From contig NZ_JALNTY010000002.1 in the NCBI RefSeq assembly GCF_023161965.1, positions 46,018-78,017 of the forward strand: DNA of 32,000 bases. Reading direction: 5' to 3'. Shown one piece after another: positions 1 to 9,366 of this stretch (its first letter is position 1; each line of letters begins with the position of its first letter). The notes beneath the pieces are model-generated. The model was not told where the DNA came from. It did no database searches and was given only the letters and a program-made list of their open reading frames with translations. This DNA comes from Anaerosoma tenue (GTDB lineage Bacteria; Actinomycetota; Coriobacteriia; Anaerosomatales; Anaerosomataceae). The translations under genes were made by a program, and so were the position numbers.

Positions 1-1
1 C

Positions 2-2701
2 GCCTCCACCGACGCCGACGGCGACCCGGTCACCTATACCGTGTACCGCCTCCAGCAGCCGGTCACGGCCACGAACATCGGAAGCGCCACCGCAGTGGCG
101 TCCTCGGTCCCCGGAACGAGTGCCACAGTGAGCGCCCACGCCGACGAGATCGCGCAGTCGTACGTGTGGTTCTACGCCGTCAGGGCCAGCGACGGCACGA
201 ACCTGTCACTCGTGTCCAAGTCGATGGCGCCCAACCTCCACGGCTACCGCCTCAGTTCCGCCACCGTGAGCTGCACGCGCTGCCACGAGGTGCACGGTGC
301 ATATCCGGCCGACTGGGACTACACCTACGTCGACCTCTGCTACTCATGCCACGGCGCAACGTCTTCGGCGGATGCCGTGGGCGCCAAGAGCTCGCTCAAC
401 GTCCAGGCCGAGTTCGGCGACTACGACGGCCAAACGCAGCCCGCATCGGTGCACCGCAGCACGAAGATGGAGACCGACCGGACCGAGTGCGACGCGTGCC
501 ACAGCGCACATCGTTCGCCGTACTACTACGACAACTCCGGCAACTACGTGGCGGCCAGCAGCTACCGGAAGATGATCCGCGTGCAGACAGGCGAGGATGC
601 CGGCGGACCGCTCTACACCTACTACAGCCTCAACACCGACACGGCCGAGAACGCCGCGTTCTGCCTCGCATGTCACGGTGCGGACGCGACACCCATCGGC
701 TACGTCGGTGATGTCGACGACTACGCGGGTACCGGGGGCGACCACAACTCCGCCGGATATGACGCGGCAGCGCACGGCCCGTCGGTCGTCTACAGCAACG
801 ACCACGGGCGCACGAACGCAAGCGAGTACCCGCAGGTGCAGTGCCTTGCGTGCCACGCCAAGCACGCTTCGGCGGCAGACAAGCTCATCGCGTACCGCGG
901 CGACGACACGGCCACCAGCCCGAGCGGCACCTATGCCGAGGCCGAGCTCTGCTTCGCATGCCACAGCAGCAGTTCGAGCGAGAACAAGGTCGCAGCGAGT
1001 TACGCGGCACCGTTCTCCTGGAACGACCGCGACGTGGAGGCCGAGTTCGGCCGGGCGTCCACCCACCCAGTGAGCTCGTCGGCCACAGGCCGGTCGCTTA
1101 CGTGCGCGAGCTGCCACAACGTGCACAACGTGACCGAAGGCGGCACGGCCGCCTGGAACGTCGCTCGCGTGAGCACACCGTCGAACACGAAGGCGACGCC
1201 GGCCGACATGACCGCGTTCTGCCTCGGATGCCACACCACCACCCCGCCCTCGGCCACGATCGCAGCCGACACGCTCGTCCCGTACAGGATCGGCTTCAGC
1301 GACCAGAGCGCGGCGCCGTACTTCCCCGGGTGGGACAAGAGCGGTTTCGGCAGCCTCGGCGTTGGCGAGACCAACCACTACACGCCAGCGACGGGCGGCC
1401 AGCCGGCGCTCTGCAAGAACTGTCACGATCCGCACGGCTCGGACTATGAGCGGCTCGTAGCGTGGAGCGCCCCCACTGGCGCGGAGAAGGTCGGCGTATG
1501 GACGCCCAACAGTGGCACGCGTGAGAACGACTCGGCCACCGCGGCTGAGCTGAGCGCCGAGGAGAGCCTCTGCTACCAGTGCCATGGGAACGGCAGCGCC
1601 TATCCACAGGCACCCGGCGCGGCCGACGTGTATACGCCAGCGAACCCGGCGAGCGGCTCGAACAACACGCACGTCATGTCCGACTACTCGGGCCGTCACA
1701 GCGACACGGAGCTGGCGGCGGACCTCGGGGGAACGAACCGGCACAGCGAGTGCGTGGACTGCCACGACCCGCATGCAGCCAAGCGGGTGGGTGGGACCGC
1801 CACCCAGGATATGCTCGACACGAGCGCTCCCGGCAGTGCGATCTATGGCGCATGGGGCGTGGTACCCGATTACTCCGACCCCCTGCGGGACGGCACATCC
1901 AACCCCGGTACCTACAACTGGACGGCGCCCGCCACATACACCGATGTCCGTCTCACAGGTGCATCGACGGATATGGAAGCGCATCTGTGCTTGAAGTGCC
2001 ACAGCGGCAACACCACGCAACCGGCGGGACAGGGTGACACCGCTCGCGAGTTCAACCCCAGCAACTTCAGCGTGCACAACGTGCTCGGCCAGAGCGTAGG
2101 TGCGCAGGAGGCGTTCACGTACGTCGCCTCCGATGCGAACACCTACACCGACACATGGGAGTTCCCGAGCATCGGGGTCTTCCAGGCCTCCTACGATCAG
2201 AACACGATGCTCACGTGCACGAGCTGTCACACCAACGAGAGCGGCAACGCCAAGGGGCCGCACGGAAGCACGGTCCAGTGGCTGCTGGATCCCGCATACC
2301 CGACCGACTGGAAGACGTCATACCTCGTCGTGAGCAAGGACGACCCAGATGGGATGAACGGCACCCCCATCTGTCAGAAGTGCCACAATCTATACGGGGC
2401 CGGCGGTGTTGTCAGCAACTCTGCTCATGGGCGGGTCTCAAGACACGGCGGCTCCACCAACCCGTGCATCTCGTGTCACATCAAGGTGCCGCACGGATGG
2501 AAACGCCCACGACTTCTCGGCTACCAGAGTGACGACCCTGCGTACGCAGCGACCGAACTCAACGAGATCAGAGCGAACATCAGTCACACGAGAGATGCCA
2601 ACGGCAGTGTCGGGTGGGCGTCGGGCGACTGCAGCACCGACTATCTGGGCGCCTCGGGCTGTGGAGGTTCGACCCACAGCGATATCGCGGTCTCATGGTG
2701 A
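2..2701 (+). CDS. Secreted multiheme c-type cytochrome (doubled CxxCH class), 5' truncated by window edge
   Basis: Frame is open from base 2 (ASTDADGDPVTYTVYRLQQ...) to the stop at 2701, so the listed start at 41 is probably internal. 15 CxxCH motifs: CTRCH, CYSCH, CDACH, CLACH x2, CFACH, CASCH, CLGCH, CKNCH, CYQCH, CVDCH, CLKCH, CTSCH, CQKCH, CISCH. Several are of the form CxxCHxxH(G). Confidence 0.93.
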   Translation, partial: ASTDADGDPVTYTVYRLQQPVTATNIGSATAVASSVPGTSATVSAHADEIAQSYVWFYAVRASDGTNLSLVSKSMAPNLHGYRLSSATVSCTRCHEVHGAYPADWDYTYVDLCYSCHGATSSADAVGAKSSLNVQAEFGDYDGQTQPASVHRSTKMETDRTECDACHSAHRSPYYYDNSGNYVAASSYRKMIRVQTGEDAGGPLYTYYSLNTDTAENAAFCLACHGADATPIGYVGDVDDYAGTGGDHNSAGYDAAAHGPSVVYSNDHGRTNASEYPQVQCLACHAKHASAADKLIAYRGDDTATSPSGTYAEAELCFACHSSSSSENKVAASYAAPFSWNDRDVEAEFGRASTHPVSSSATGRSLTCASCHNVHNVTEGGTAAWNVARVSTPSNTKATPADMTAFCLGCHTTTPPSATIAADTLVPYRIGFSDQSAAPYFPGWDKSGFGSLGVGETNHYTPATGGQPALCKNCHDPHGSDYERLVAWSAPTGAEKVGVWTPNSGTRENDSATAAELSAEESLCYQCHGNGSAYPQAPGAADVYTPANPASGSNNTHVMSDYSGRHSDTELAADLGGTNRHSECVDCHDPHAAKRVGGTATQDMLDTSAPGSAIYGAWGVVPDYSDPLRDGTSNPGTYNWTAPATYTDVRLTGASTDMEAHLCLKCHSGNTTQPAGQGDTAREFNPSNFSVHNVLGQSVGAQEAFTYVASDANTYTDTWEFPSIGVFQASYDQNTMLTCTSCHTNESGNAKGPHGSTVQWLLDPAYPTDWKTSYLVVSKDDPDGMNGTPICQKCHNLYGAGGVVSNSAHGRVSRHGGSTNPCISCHIKVPHGWKRPRLLGYQSDDPAYAATELNEIRANISHTRDANGSVGWASGDCSTDYLGASGCGGSTHSDIAVSW

Positions 2702-2854
2702 ATGCGCGGAGCCTCCCGGGGAACCAAGCGGGCACTCGTCGATGAGGCGCTGAACCGGGAGACCAGCTGACGTGTTGACGCTCTGACTCGGCAAGGTTTT
2801 CGCAAGATGTGGGTAAGGTTGTTACGCTACCATCGCTGCGACGGAAAGGATGCG

Positions 2855-4069
2855 ATGCGCGCTCGCTCGGCACGACGTATGGTACGCGGTGGGGTCATCC
2901 TCATCGCGGTTGCCGCACTCCTCGCATCCCCGGCCTTCGCGGCTCCCTCTGCCTCGACCACCACCACCCCGGCCCCCGACCCGCCCGCCGCACCATCAGT
3001 ACCGACCACTGGCAGCCCCATACCCGAGCCCACCGACCAGATGACCGCCGAGTTCCGCGCACGACTCGCGGCAAAGCAGGCCGAACTCGACGAGCTTGAG
3101 GCGCAGCTCGACGAACTCGACCGCGAGCTGGCCATCGCGGCTGAGGCGTACAACAAGGCGATGCTCGATCTCGAGGCCACCACTAAGCGGCTCGAGACCA
3201 CCAGGGCCGATCTTGCCAACGCCGAGCTCGCATACGAGCTGCAACAGGACACGCTCTCCGACCGCGCACGCGACATCTACCGCGGCGGCGAGCTGTCTAC
3301 TCTCGACGTGCTGCTCGGCTCCAAGTCGATCTCCGACTTCATGGCGCGCATCCGATTCCTCCGCGCGATGGGCGAGAACGACGCCTCGATAGTGGCGGCG
3401 CTCGCCGCCCAGCGCGACATGATCGCAGTGGCCCAGCACGCGGCCGAGGAGGACGAACTGCGCGCCCGCTCACTCGAGTTCGAGATGCAGGCCCGTCAGA
3501 TCGAGGTCATGCTGCGCATCCAGGAACGAGAGGCCCTGCTTGCCAGCACGCAGACCGAACTGCTCGAGCTGCTCGACGACCTGGCGGAAGTGCGCCAGAT
3601 GGCCGAGGCCGAGTTGTTGCGGGACGTGTTGTCCGGAGCGAACAAGGCCGGTATCGTCGTCGAGCCGGGGTCGCCGGTGGAGACCGCGCTCGCGTATCAC
3701 GGGGTGCCCTACCTCTGGGGCGGTGAATCCCCTCGTGGCTTCGACTGCTCCGGACTGCTCCTCTACGTGATGCGGCAGCATGGCGTGAACCTCCCGCACT
3801 ACTCCGGCTCGCAGTTCCAGCTTGGCGAGAAGGTAGCGCCGTCGGCGCTCCAGCCCGGCGACGCGGTCTTCTTCGGCTCGCCGGTCTACCACGTGGGTAT
3901 GTACGTGGGTGCGGGCTACTTCATCCACGCGCCCCGTACCGGCGATTTCGTCAAGCTCTCGCGGCTTGCCGATCGCAAAGACTACGCGGGCGCACGGCGG
4001 TATGATTGGGAGTACCGAACCTCGCCGGTCACCGGCGCGGTATCGGACCCGGCGGAGGCCGTCCGGTAG
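2855..4069 (+). CDS. Peptidoglycan hydrolase: signal peptide, N-terminal coiled coil, C-terminal NlpC/P60 domain
   Basis: Internal ATG at 2855 after GGAAAGG gives MRARSARRMVRGGVILIAVAALLASPAFA. C-terminus has NlpC/P60 signatures GVPYLWGGESPRGFDCSGLLLYVM and HVGMYVGAGYFIHAP. Confidence 0.9.
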   Translation: MRARSARRMVRGGVILIAVAALLASPAFAAPSASTTTTPAPDPPAAPSVPTTGSPIPEPTDQMTAEFRARLAAKQAELDELEAQLDELDRELAIAAEAYNKAMLDLEATTKRLETTRADLANAELAYELQQDTLSDRARDIYRGGELSTLDVLLGSKSISDFMARIRFLRAMGENDASIVAALAAQRDMIAVAQHAAEEDELRARSLEFEMQARQIEVMLRIQEREALLASTQTELLELLDDLAEVRQMAEAELLRDVLSGANKAGIVVEPGSPVETALAYHGVPYLWGGESPRGFDCSGLLLYVMRQHGVNLPHYSGSQFQLGEKVAPSALQPGDAVFFGSPVYHVGMYVGAGYFIHAPRTGDFVKLSRLADRKDYAGARRYDWEYRTSPVTGAVSDPAEAVR

Positions 4070-4112
4070 CGTCCTCGCCGCTGTGCCGCTGACGACAGGG
4101 CTCGGAGGACGC

Positions 4113-5555
4113 ATGAAGGATCTGATCGCAACAGCCCTCGAAGCTGCCAACGCGGCCGGCGCCACGTATGCGGACGCTCGAGTGGTTGAGACGCGCCACG
4201 AACGACTCTCCGTGCGCACCGGCCGGGTGGACGGCGTCGAGTCGGGCGAATCGCTCGGCATCGGCATTCGGGCGATCGCGGACGGCGCCTGGGGATTCGC
4301 TGCGACCTCGGACCTTTCCACCAACGGCGTCACCTCAGCGGCACGCGAGGCCGTGGCGCTCGCGCAGGCGGCGGCCACGACTGCCCGGCGCCCGGTGGCC
4401 CTGGCGCCGGTGGACGCGTACACCGACACCTGGACCGGACCGTGCGTGACCGACCCCTTCACCGTGTCGCTCGACGACAAACTCGCGCTGCTGCTGTTGG
4501 CGGACGATGTCCTCCGCGCCGAGGCCGCAGTGCGTGTGACCAGCACGAGCATGAACTTCCTCGCGGTGCGTAAGGTATTCGGCTCCACTGAGGGGTCGCT
4601 GATCGAGCAATCCTACGTGGAGTCGCAGGCCGGGCTCACAGCGTTCGCGATCGGCGACGGAGAGATGCTCCCGCGCTCGTATCCCAACAACCTCGGCGGA
4701 CAGGCCGTGCAGGGTGGATGGGAGGCTATCCTGGCGCTCGACCTGCCGGGTCACGCCCCACGCGTAGCCGAGGAGGCGACCGCCCTCCTGAGCGCGGCCC
4801 CATGTCCGGCGCGGGAGACGACGCTGATCATCGACGCTTCACAGGTGGCGCTCCAGATCCACGAGTCGATCGGGCATCCCACGGAGCTCGACCGCATCCT
4901 CGGCGATGAGGCGGCCTTCGCGGGCACGTCGTGGGTGGGCATCCCCGATCTCGGCACGCTCCGCTACGGCTCGGAGCAGGTGACCGTGACCTCTGACGCC
5001 ACGATTCCCGGGTCGATAGGTTCGTTCGGGTACGACGACGAGGGCGTGCCAGCACAGCGGGATCACCTGATCACCAACGGGGTGCTCACCGGATTCCAGA
5101 CGTCGCGAGAGTCGGCTCTGGCGATCGACCGCACCTCGAACGGGTGCATGCGTGCCGACGGATGGCAGCGTCAACCGCTGATCCGGATGACCACCGTAAG
5201 CCTGGAGCCGGGCGAATGGGCGCTCGACGACCTGATCGCTGACACAGACGACGGCTTCTACTTCGAGACGAACAACTCCTGGTCGATCGATGACCGCCGC
5301 CTGAACTTCCAGTTCGGGTGCGAGATCGGCTGGGAGATCAAGAACGGCACACTCGGCCGTATGGTGAAGAACCCCAACTACACAGGGATCACCCCGGAGT
5401 TCTGGGGCTCGTGTGACGCGGTCTGCAACCGCGACCACTGGCAGGTGTGGGGGATCCCCAACTGCGGCAAAGGCGAGCCGATGCAGGTGGCGCATGTGGC
5501 GCACGGAGCGGCTCCCGCAAGATTCAGGAACGTCCGCGTGGGGGTGGCCCGATGA
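4113..5555 (+). CDS. tldD: TldD/PmbA family metalloprotease, TldD-like
   Basis: Start ATG 4113 after GGAGG. Contains the HExxxH motif in IHESIGHPTELDRILGDEAAFAGTSW and a conserved C-terminal GxPMQVAHVAHGA region. Confidence 0.88.
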   Translation: MKDLIATALEAANAAGATYADARVVETRHERLSVRTGRVDGVESGESLGIGIRAIADGAWGFAATSDLSTNGVTSAAREAVALAQAAATTARRPVALAPVDAYTDTWTGPCVTDPFTVSLDDKLALLLLADDVLRAEAAVRVTSTSMNFLAVRKVFGSTEGSLIEQSYVESQAGLTAFAIGDGEMLPRSYPNNLGGQAVQGGWEAILALDLPGHAPRVAEEATALLSAAPCPARETTLIIDASQVALQIHESIGHPTELDRILGDEAAFAGTSWVGIPDLGTLRYGSEQVTVTSDATIPGSIGSFGYDDEGVPAQRDHLITNGVLTGFQTSRESALAIDRTSNGCMRADGWQRQPLIRMTTVSLEPGEWALDDLIADTDDGFYFETNNSWSIDDRRLNFQFGCEIGWEIKNGTLGRMVKNPNYTGITPEFWGSCDAVCNRDHWQVWGIPNCGKGEPMQVAHVAHGAAPARFRNVRVGVAR

Positions 5556-6892
5556 GACGCTCGCTCGAGGAGATACGCACCATCGCCAATCGCGCCGCGC
5601 ACATGACCCGGGCCGACAGCGCCGAGGCGGTGGTCATCTCGAGCATCTCGGCGCTCACGCGCTTCGCCGGCAACCGCATCCACCAGAACGTGACCGAGAC
5701 CGACTCGCAGCTGTCGATCCGTGCCGTTCTCGGGACACGCACCGGCGTGGCAAGCACCAACCGGCTGGACAACGAAGCGGTAGCGCGCTGCGCTTCGGCC
5801 GCCGTTGATGCCGCACGGCACGCCCCGAAGGACCCTGACTTCCCCGGGCTCCCCAAGCCCGCTCCGCTCTCGATCCCCTCCCGGAGCCTGTCGCTCCTCT
5901 CGATGTACGACGCCGCGGGACGCGCTCGCGCTGCCGCAGAGATCATCCAGCAGTCCGACGCGCGAGGGCTCGTGGCCGCAGGCACCGTTTCGGTCAACGA
6001 CTACGCGGTGGCCATAGCCAACACGCACGACGTTGACGCGTCGATGCAGACCGACGAGCTCCGGGCGACCGTTCTGGCCATGGGCGAGGGCGGAGCGAGC
6101 GGATGGGGGTCGTTCCTCGGCCGTGACGCAGGAACGTTCCTGCCGGCACAACTGGGGAGCAGCGCGGCAACGCTGGCCGAGCGCTCGGCGGGCGCCGGCG
6201 ACCTTGAGCCCGGCACGTACACCGTGGTGCTGGCACCGGAAGCGGTCGCCGACATCCTCGACTTCCTCGGCTATCTTGGTTTTGGCGCGAAGGCCTTTGC
6301 CGAGGGGAGCTCCTTCCTCGTCAACGCGCTGGGGACGCGCGTGGCAGACACGTGCGTGAGCATCTACGACGATGCCCTGTCGCCCGCAACGATCGGCATA
6401 TCGTTCGACTACGAGGGCCAACCGCGCCGCAGGACTCCGCTGATCGAGGGCGGTGTGGCGATCGGACCGGTGACCGACTCGTACTTCGCCGCCAAGCTCG
6501 ACCGGCCGGACACCGGGCATGCGCTTCCCGCGCCCAACCCGTACGGACCGCTTCCGCTGAACATCGAGATGCAGGCCGGAGACGCGACACTGGACGAGAT
6601 GATCGGCTCGGTGGAACGGGGCGTCTACGTAACGCGCTTCCACTACGTGAACGTCGAAGACCCGATGAAGGTCGTGCTCACCGGGATGACTCGCGATGGC
6701 ACGTTCCTCATAGAGAACGGACGCCTTTCGACCCCGGTCCGCAACCTGCGATTCACTCAGAGCGTGCTCTCCGCGCTCTCCGATGTCCGCGCCATCGGCT
6801 CGAAGCGGCAACTCTGTGGAGGCGAGGGTGGCGCTGCGCTCGCGCCGGCTCTGCTCATCGGCCACTGGGCGTTCACCGGACAGACCGGCTGA
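5552..6892 (+). CDS. pmbA: TldD/PmbA family protein, PmbA-like partner
   Basis: ATG at 5552 overlaps the upstream stop (ATGA). Sequence is PmbA-like (FLGYLGFGAKAFAEGSSFLVNALGTRVAD, GNLEPG-like DLEPGTYTVVLAPEAVADIL) and lacks the HExxxH motif. Confidence 0.85.
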   Translation: MRRSLEEIRTIANRAAHMTRADSAEAVVISSISALTRFAGNRIHQNVTETDSQLSIRAVLGTRTGVASTNRLDNEAVARCASAAVDAARHAPKDPDFPGLPKPAPLSIPSRSLSLLSMYDAAGRARAAAEIIQQSDARGLVAAGTVSVNDYAVAIANTHDVDASMQTDELRATVLAMGEGGASGWGSFLGRDAGTFLPAQLGSSAATLAERSAGAGDLEPGTYTVVLAPEAVADILDFLGYLGFGAKAFAEGSSFLVNALGTRVADTCVSIYDDALSPATIGISFDYEGQPRRRTPLIEGGVAIGPVTDSYFAAKLDRPDTGHALPAPNPYGPLPLNIEMQAGDATLDEMIGSVERGVYVTRFHYVNVEDPMKVVLTGMTRDGTFLIENGRLSTPVRNLRFTQSVLSALSDVRAIGSKRQLCGGEGGAALAPALLIGHWAFTGQTG

Positions 6893-6920
6893 AGCGGTCG
6901 CCATGCCCGTGCGAAACGCC

Positions 6921-6992
6921 GTCCGGCCCACAGCGGAGGGGCGCCGCTGTTGGGCCGGATCGGATGTCAGGTGCCTGGTTGTTGTCCTGACA
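6921..6992. terminator. Two tandem hairpins between convergent genes, possible bidirectional terminator
   Basis: GTCCGGCCCACAGCGG...CCGCTGTTGGGCCGGAT (one bulge) at 6921-6960, then TGTCAGG...CCTGACA at 6965-6992. Confidence 0.5.
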
Positions 6993-7106
6993 CCTCAGTA
7001 ATCGGCTTACGCGGGTCTTCGCTTTAGGGATGGCGGCCGGTGCCCGACGAGCGTGCAACGCTCCCGACGAGCGGCTCGAAACGCATCCCGAGCGGCACAC
7101 GGCTCG

Positions 7107-7748
7107 TCAGAGACCCTCGGCCGTCTCCTGCCGGGCGATCATGTCCTTCACCTTCATCAGGCGGGTCAGGTTGCTCCGCTCCGCCTCGTCGAGCTTCATG
7201 GTGATGCTGCGCACCGTCTCGTCTATGGACGGTATCAGCACGTATTCGAGCGCGTTCACACGTCGGCGGGTGCGCTCGATCTCCGCGGCCAGCAGTTCGA
7301 TTGCCTTCTCGCGTTCCGCGAGCTCGAGAAGCCGCGGCGCCACCTCGGCCAGCCGTGAAAGCCCTGCGTCGAGGACGGCCGGGGTGGTCGCCAGGGAATA
7401 CCCGCCAGGCTCGGGGAGATCGTCAAGAGTGAAGACGGGGACCGAGACGCTCATGAGGCTTCGCTCATCCACCGAGAGCAGGGGCCCTGGCTCGCCGGCC
7501 ATCAGCGCGGTCTCAAGCGAGCCCTGCCCCGCTTCCGCCCGTGCCATCGCGAACTGCGCATACGCCGCGAGAAGGTCGCGCTCCACCTCGGCGCGCAGCC
7601 GCCGGTTCGCGCCGATCCTGCCCTGGAACTCCTTCATGAGCTCGTCGAGCTTGTCCTTCAGGAGCTTGTGTCCCCGACGGGCCACCGCTCCTCTGCGTCG
7701 CAGCTTGAGGAGCTCCATGCGGTTCGGGTTGGCGCGGATCTGCGGCAT
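7107..7748 (-). CDS. atpD (ntpD): V/A-type ATP synthase subunit D
   Basis: N-terminus PNRMELLKLRRRGAVARRGHKLLKDKLDELMKEF is characteristic of V/A-ATPase subunit D. Last gene of the ATPase cluster. Confidence 0.93.
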   Translation of the reverse strand: MPQIRANPNRMELLKLRRRGAVARRGHKLLKDKLDELMKEFQGRIGANRRLRAEVERDLLAAYAQFAMARAEAGQGSLETALMAGEPGPLLSVDERSLMSVSVPVFTLDDLPEPGGYSLATTPAVLDAGLSRLAEVAPRLLELAEREKAIELLAAEIERTRRRVNALEYVLIPSIDETVRSITMKLDEAERSNLTRLMKVKDMIARQETAEGL

Positions 7749-7750
7749 CG

Positions 7751-7954
7751 CTATCCCCTCGCCAACGACCAGATGATGAGGGCGGTCCCGGCAAGCAGGA
7801 GCACGATGTTGGCCCCGCGCAACACCTTGATCGCCCCCGGCACCGAGCCGGCGGTCCGCTTCGTCCAGCGCAGCATGTACACCTGGTATCCGATGAGCCC
7901 TGCCATCGCCACCAGGAGCGCTGCGGTGAGAACGCTGCCCGTCGTCACGCTCAC
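7751..7954 (-). CDS. Small (67 aa) predicted two-TM protein embedded in the V/A-ATPase operon
   Basis: GTG start overlaps the subunit B stop (GTGA). Two hydrophobic stretches ([20 protein letters not shown] and [19 protein letters not shown]). Stop lies 2 nt before subunit D start. Confidence 0.75.
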   Translation of the reverse strand: MSVTTGSVLTAALLVAMAGLIGYQVYMLRWTKRTAGSVPGAIKVLRGANIVLLLAGTALIIWSLARG

Positions 7955-9366
7955 GCCTCGTCCGGCTCCTTCAGGTACCGCTCCACGTACTCGTCCTTGA
8001 TGCGCTTCAGCTCGCTCCTGGGCAACAGCGCCATGAGCTCCCAGCCGATCTCCAGCGTGCGCTCCACCGAGCGCTCTTCGTGGGCGTCCTGGCGGATGAA
8101 TCCGCCCTCGAAAGCGTCGGCGAACGCGACGAACGCCTTATCGGTGTCAGATAGAGCCGCATCGCCGAGTATGACCGCGAGCTCCTTGGCCTGCACTCCA
8201 CGCGCGTACGCGCCGAAGAGCTGGTTGGAGAGGTCCGCGTGGTCTTCTCGTGTCTTGCCCGGACCGATGCCTTTCTGCTTCAGGCGCGACAGGCTCGGCA
8301 ACACCGCGATCGGCGGGTAGATGTTCGATCGGTGAAGGTTCCGGTCGAGGATGATCTGCCCCTCGGTGATGTAGCCGGTGAGGTCCGGGATCGGGTGCGT
8401 CTTGTCGTCGTCGGGCATCGAGAGGATCGGCACCTGCGTGATCGACCCCTTCGCGCCCTGGATGCGACCCGCGCGCTCGTAGATGGTGGCCAGGTCGGTG
8501 TACAGGTAGCCCGGATAACCACGGCGCCCCGGCACCTCTTTGCGGGCTGCCGACACCTCGCGCAACGCCTCGCAGTAGTAGGTCATGTCGGTGAGGATGA
8601 CGAGCACGTGCATGTCGCACGTGTACGCGAGGTACTCGGCGCAGGTGAGCGCCATCCGCGGCGTGTTGATGCGCTCCACCGCCGGATCGTCGGCGAGGTT
8701 GAGGAAGAGCACGGCCCGCTCGATCGCAGCCGTGTTGCGGAACTCGGTCATGAAGAAGTCGGCGTCGGCGAACGTGATGCCCATGGCGGCGAAGACCACC
8801 GCGAACTCGCCTTCGAGCTTCTCCCCCACCTTCGTGGGATCGTCGCTCCGGTTGAGCACCGCCGCCTGTCGCGCGATCTGCGCCGCAAGCTCGTTGTGCG
8901 GCAGGCCGGCGCCCGAGAAGATCGGCAGCTTCTGGCCGCGCACCAGCGGGTTCAGCCCGTCGATCGCCGAGATACCCGTCTGGATGAAGTCGTCGGGGAA
9001 GTCGCGCGCTGTGGGATTGATCGGCTCGCCGTGCATCGGACGCCGCTCATCGGGGATGATCTCCGGGCCGCCGTCGCGCGGACGTCCCAGCCCGTCGAAC
9101 ACCCTCCCCAGCATGTCCCGGCTCACACCCAGCTCGAGCGCCCGACCGAGGAACCGCACCTTGGTCTGCGCGGGGTTCGCGCCGCTCGTGCCGGCGAACG
9201 CCTGCACGAGCGCCGTATCGCCATCAACCTCGAGCACGTTGCCGAGCGAACGGGTCCCGTTAGGGTACTCGAGCTCGACAAGCTCGTTGTAGGTGACGTC
9301 GATGACCCGCTCGACCAGCAGCAGCGGCCCCACGATGTCCCGTGTAGTGGTGTATTCGCGCGCCAT
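7951..9366 (-). CDS. atpB (ntpB): V/A-type ATP synthase subunit B
   Basis: [55 protein letters not shown], and a conserved C-terminus. Confidence 0.96.
   Translation of the reverse strand: MAREYTTTRDIVGPLLLVERVIDVTYNELVELEYPNGTRSLGNVLEVDGDTALVQAFAGTSGANPAQTKVRFLGRALELGVSRDMLGRVFDGLGRPRDGGPEIIPDERRPMHGEPINPTARDFPDDFIQTGISAIDGLNPLVRGQKLPIFSGAGLPHNELAAQIARQAAVLNRSDDPTKVGEKLEGEFAVVFAAMGITFADADFFMTEFRNTAAIERAVLFLNLADDPAVERINTPRMALTCAEYLAYTCDMHVLVILTDMTYYCEALREVSAARKEVPGRRGYPGYLYTDLATIYERAGRIQGAKGSITQVPILSMPDDDKTHPIPDLTGYITEGQIILDRNLHRSNIYPPIAVLPSLSRLKQKGIGPGKTREDHADLSNQLFGAYARGVQAKELAVILGDAALSDTDKAFVAFADAFEGGFIRQDAHEERSVERTLEIGWELMALLPRSELKRIKDEYVERYLKEPDEA

Noticed and set aside
2775-2780. TTGACG as a -35 for the NlpC/P60 gene
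   Set aside because: No reasonable -10 lies 16-18 nt downstream. A weaker TTCGCA/TACGCT pair is possible nearby, but neither is strong enough to list.
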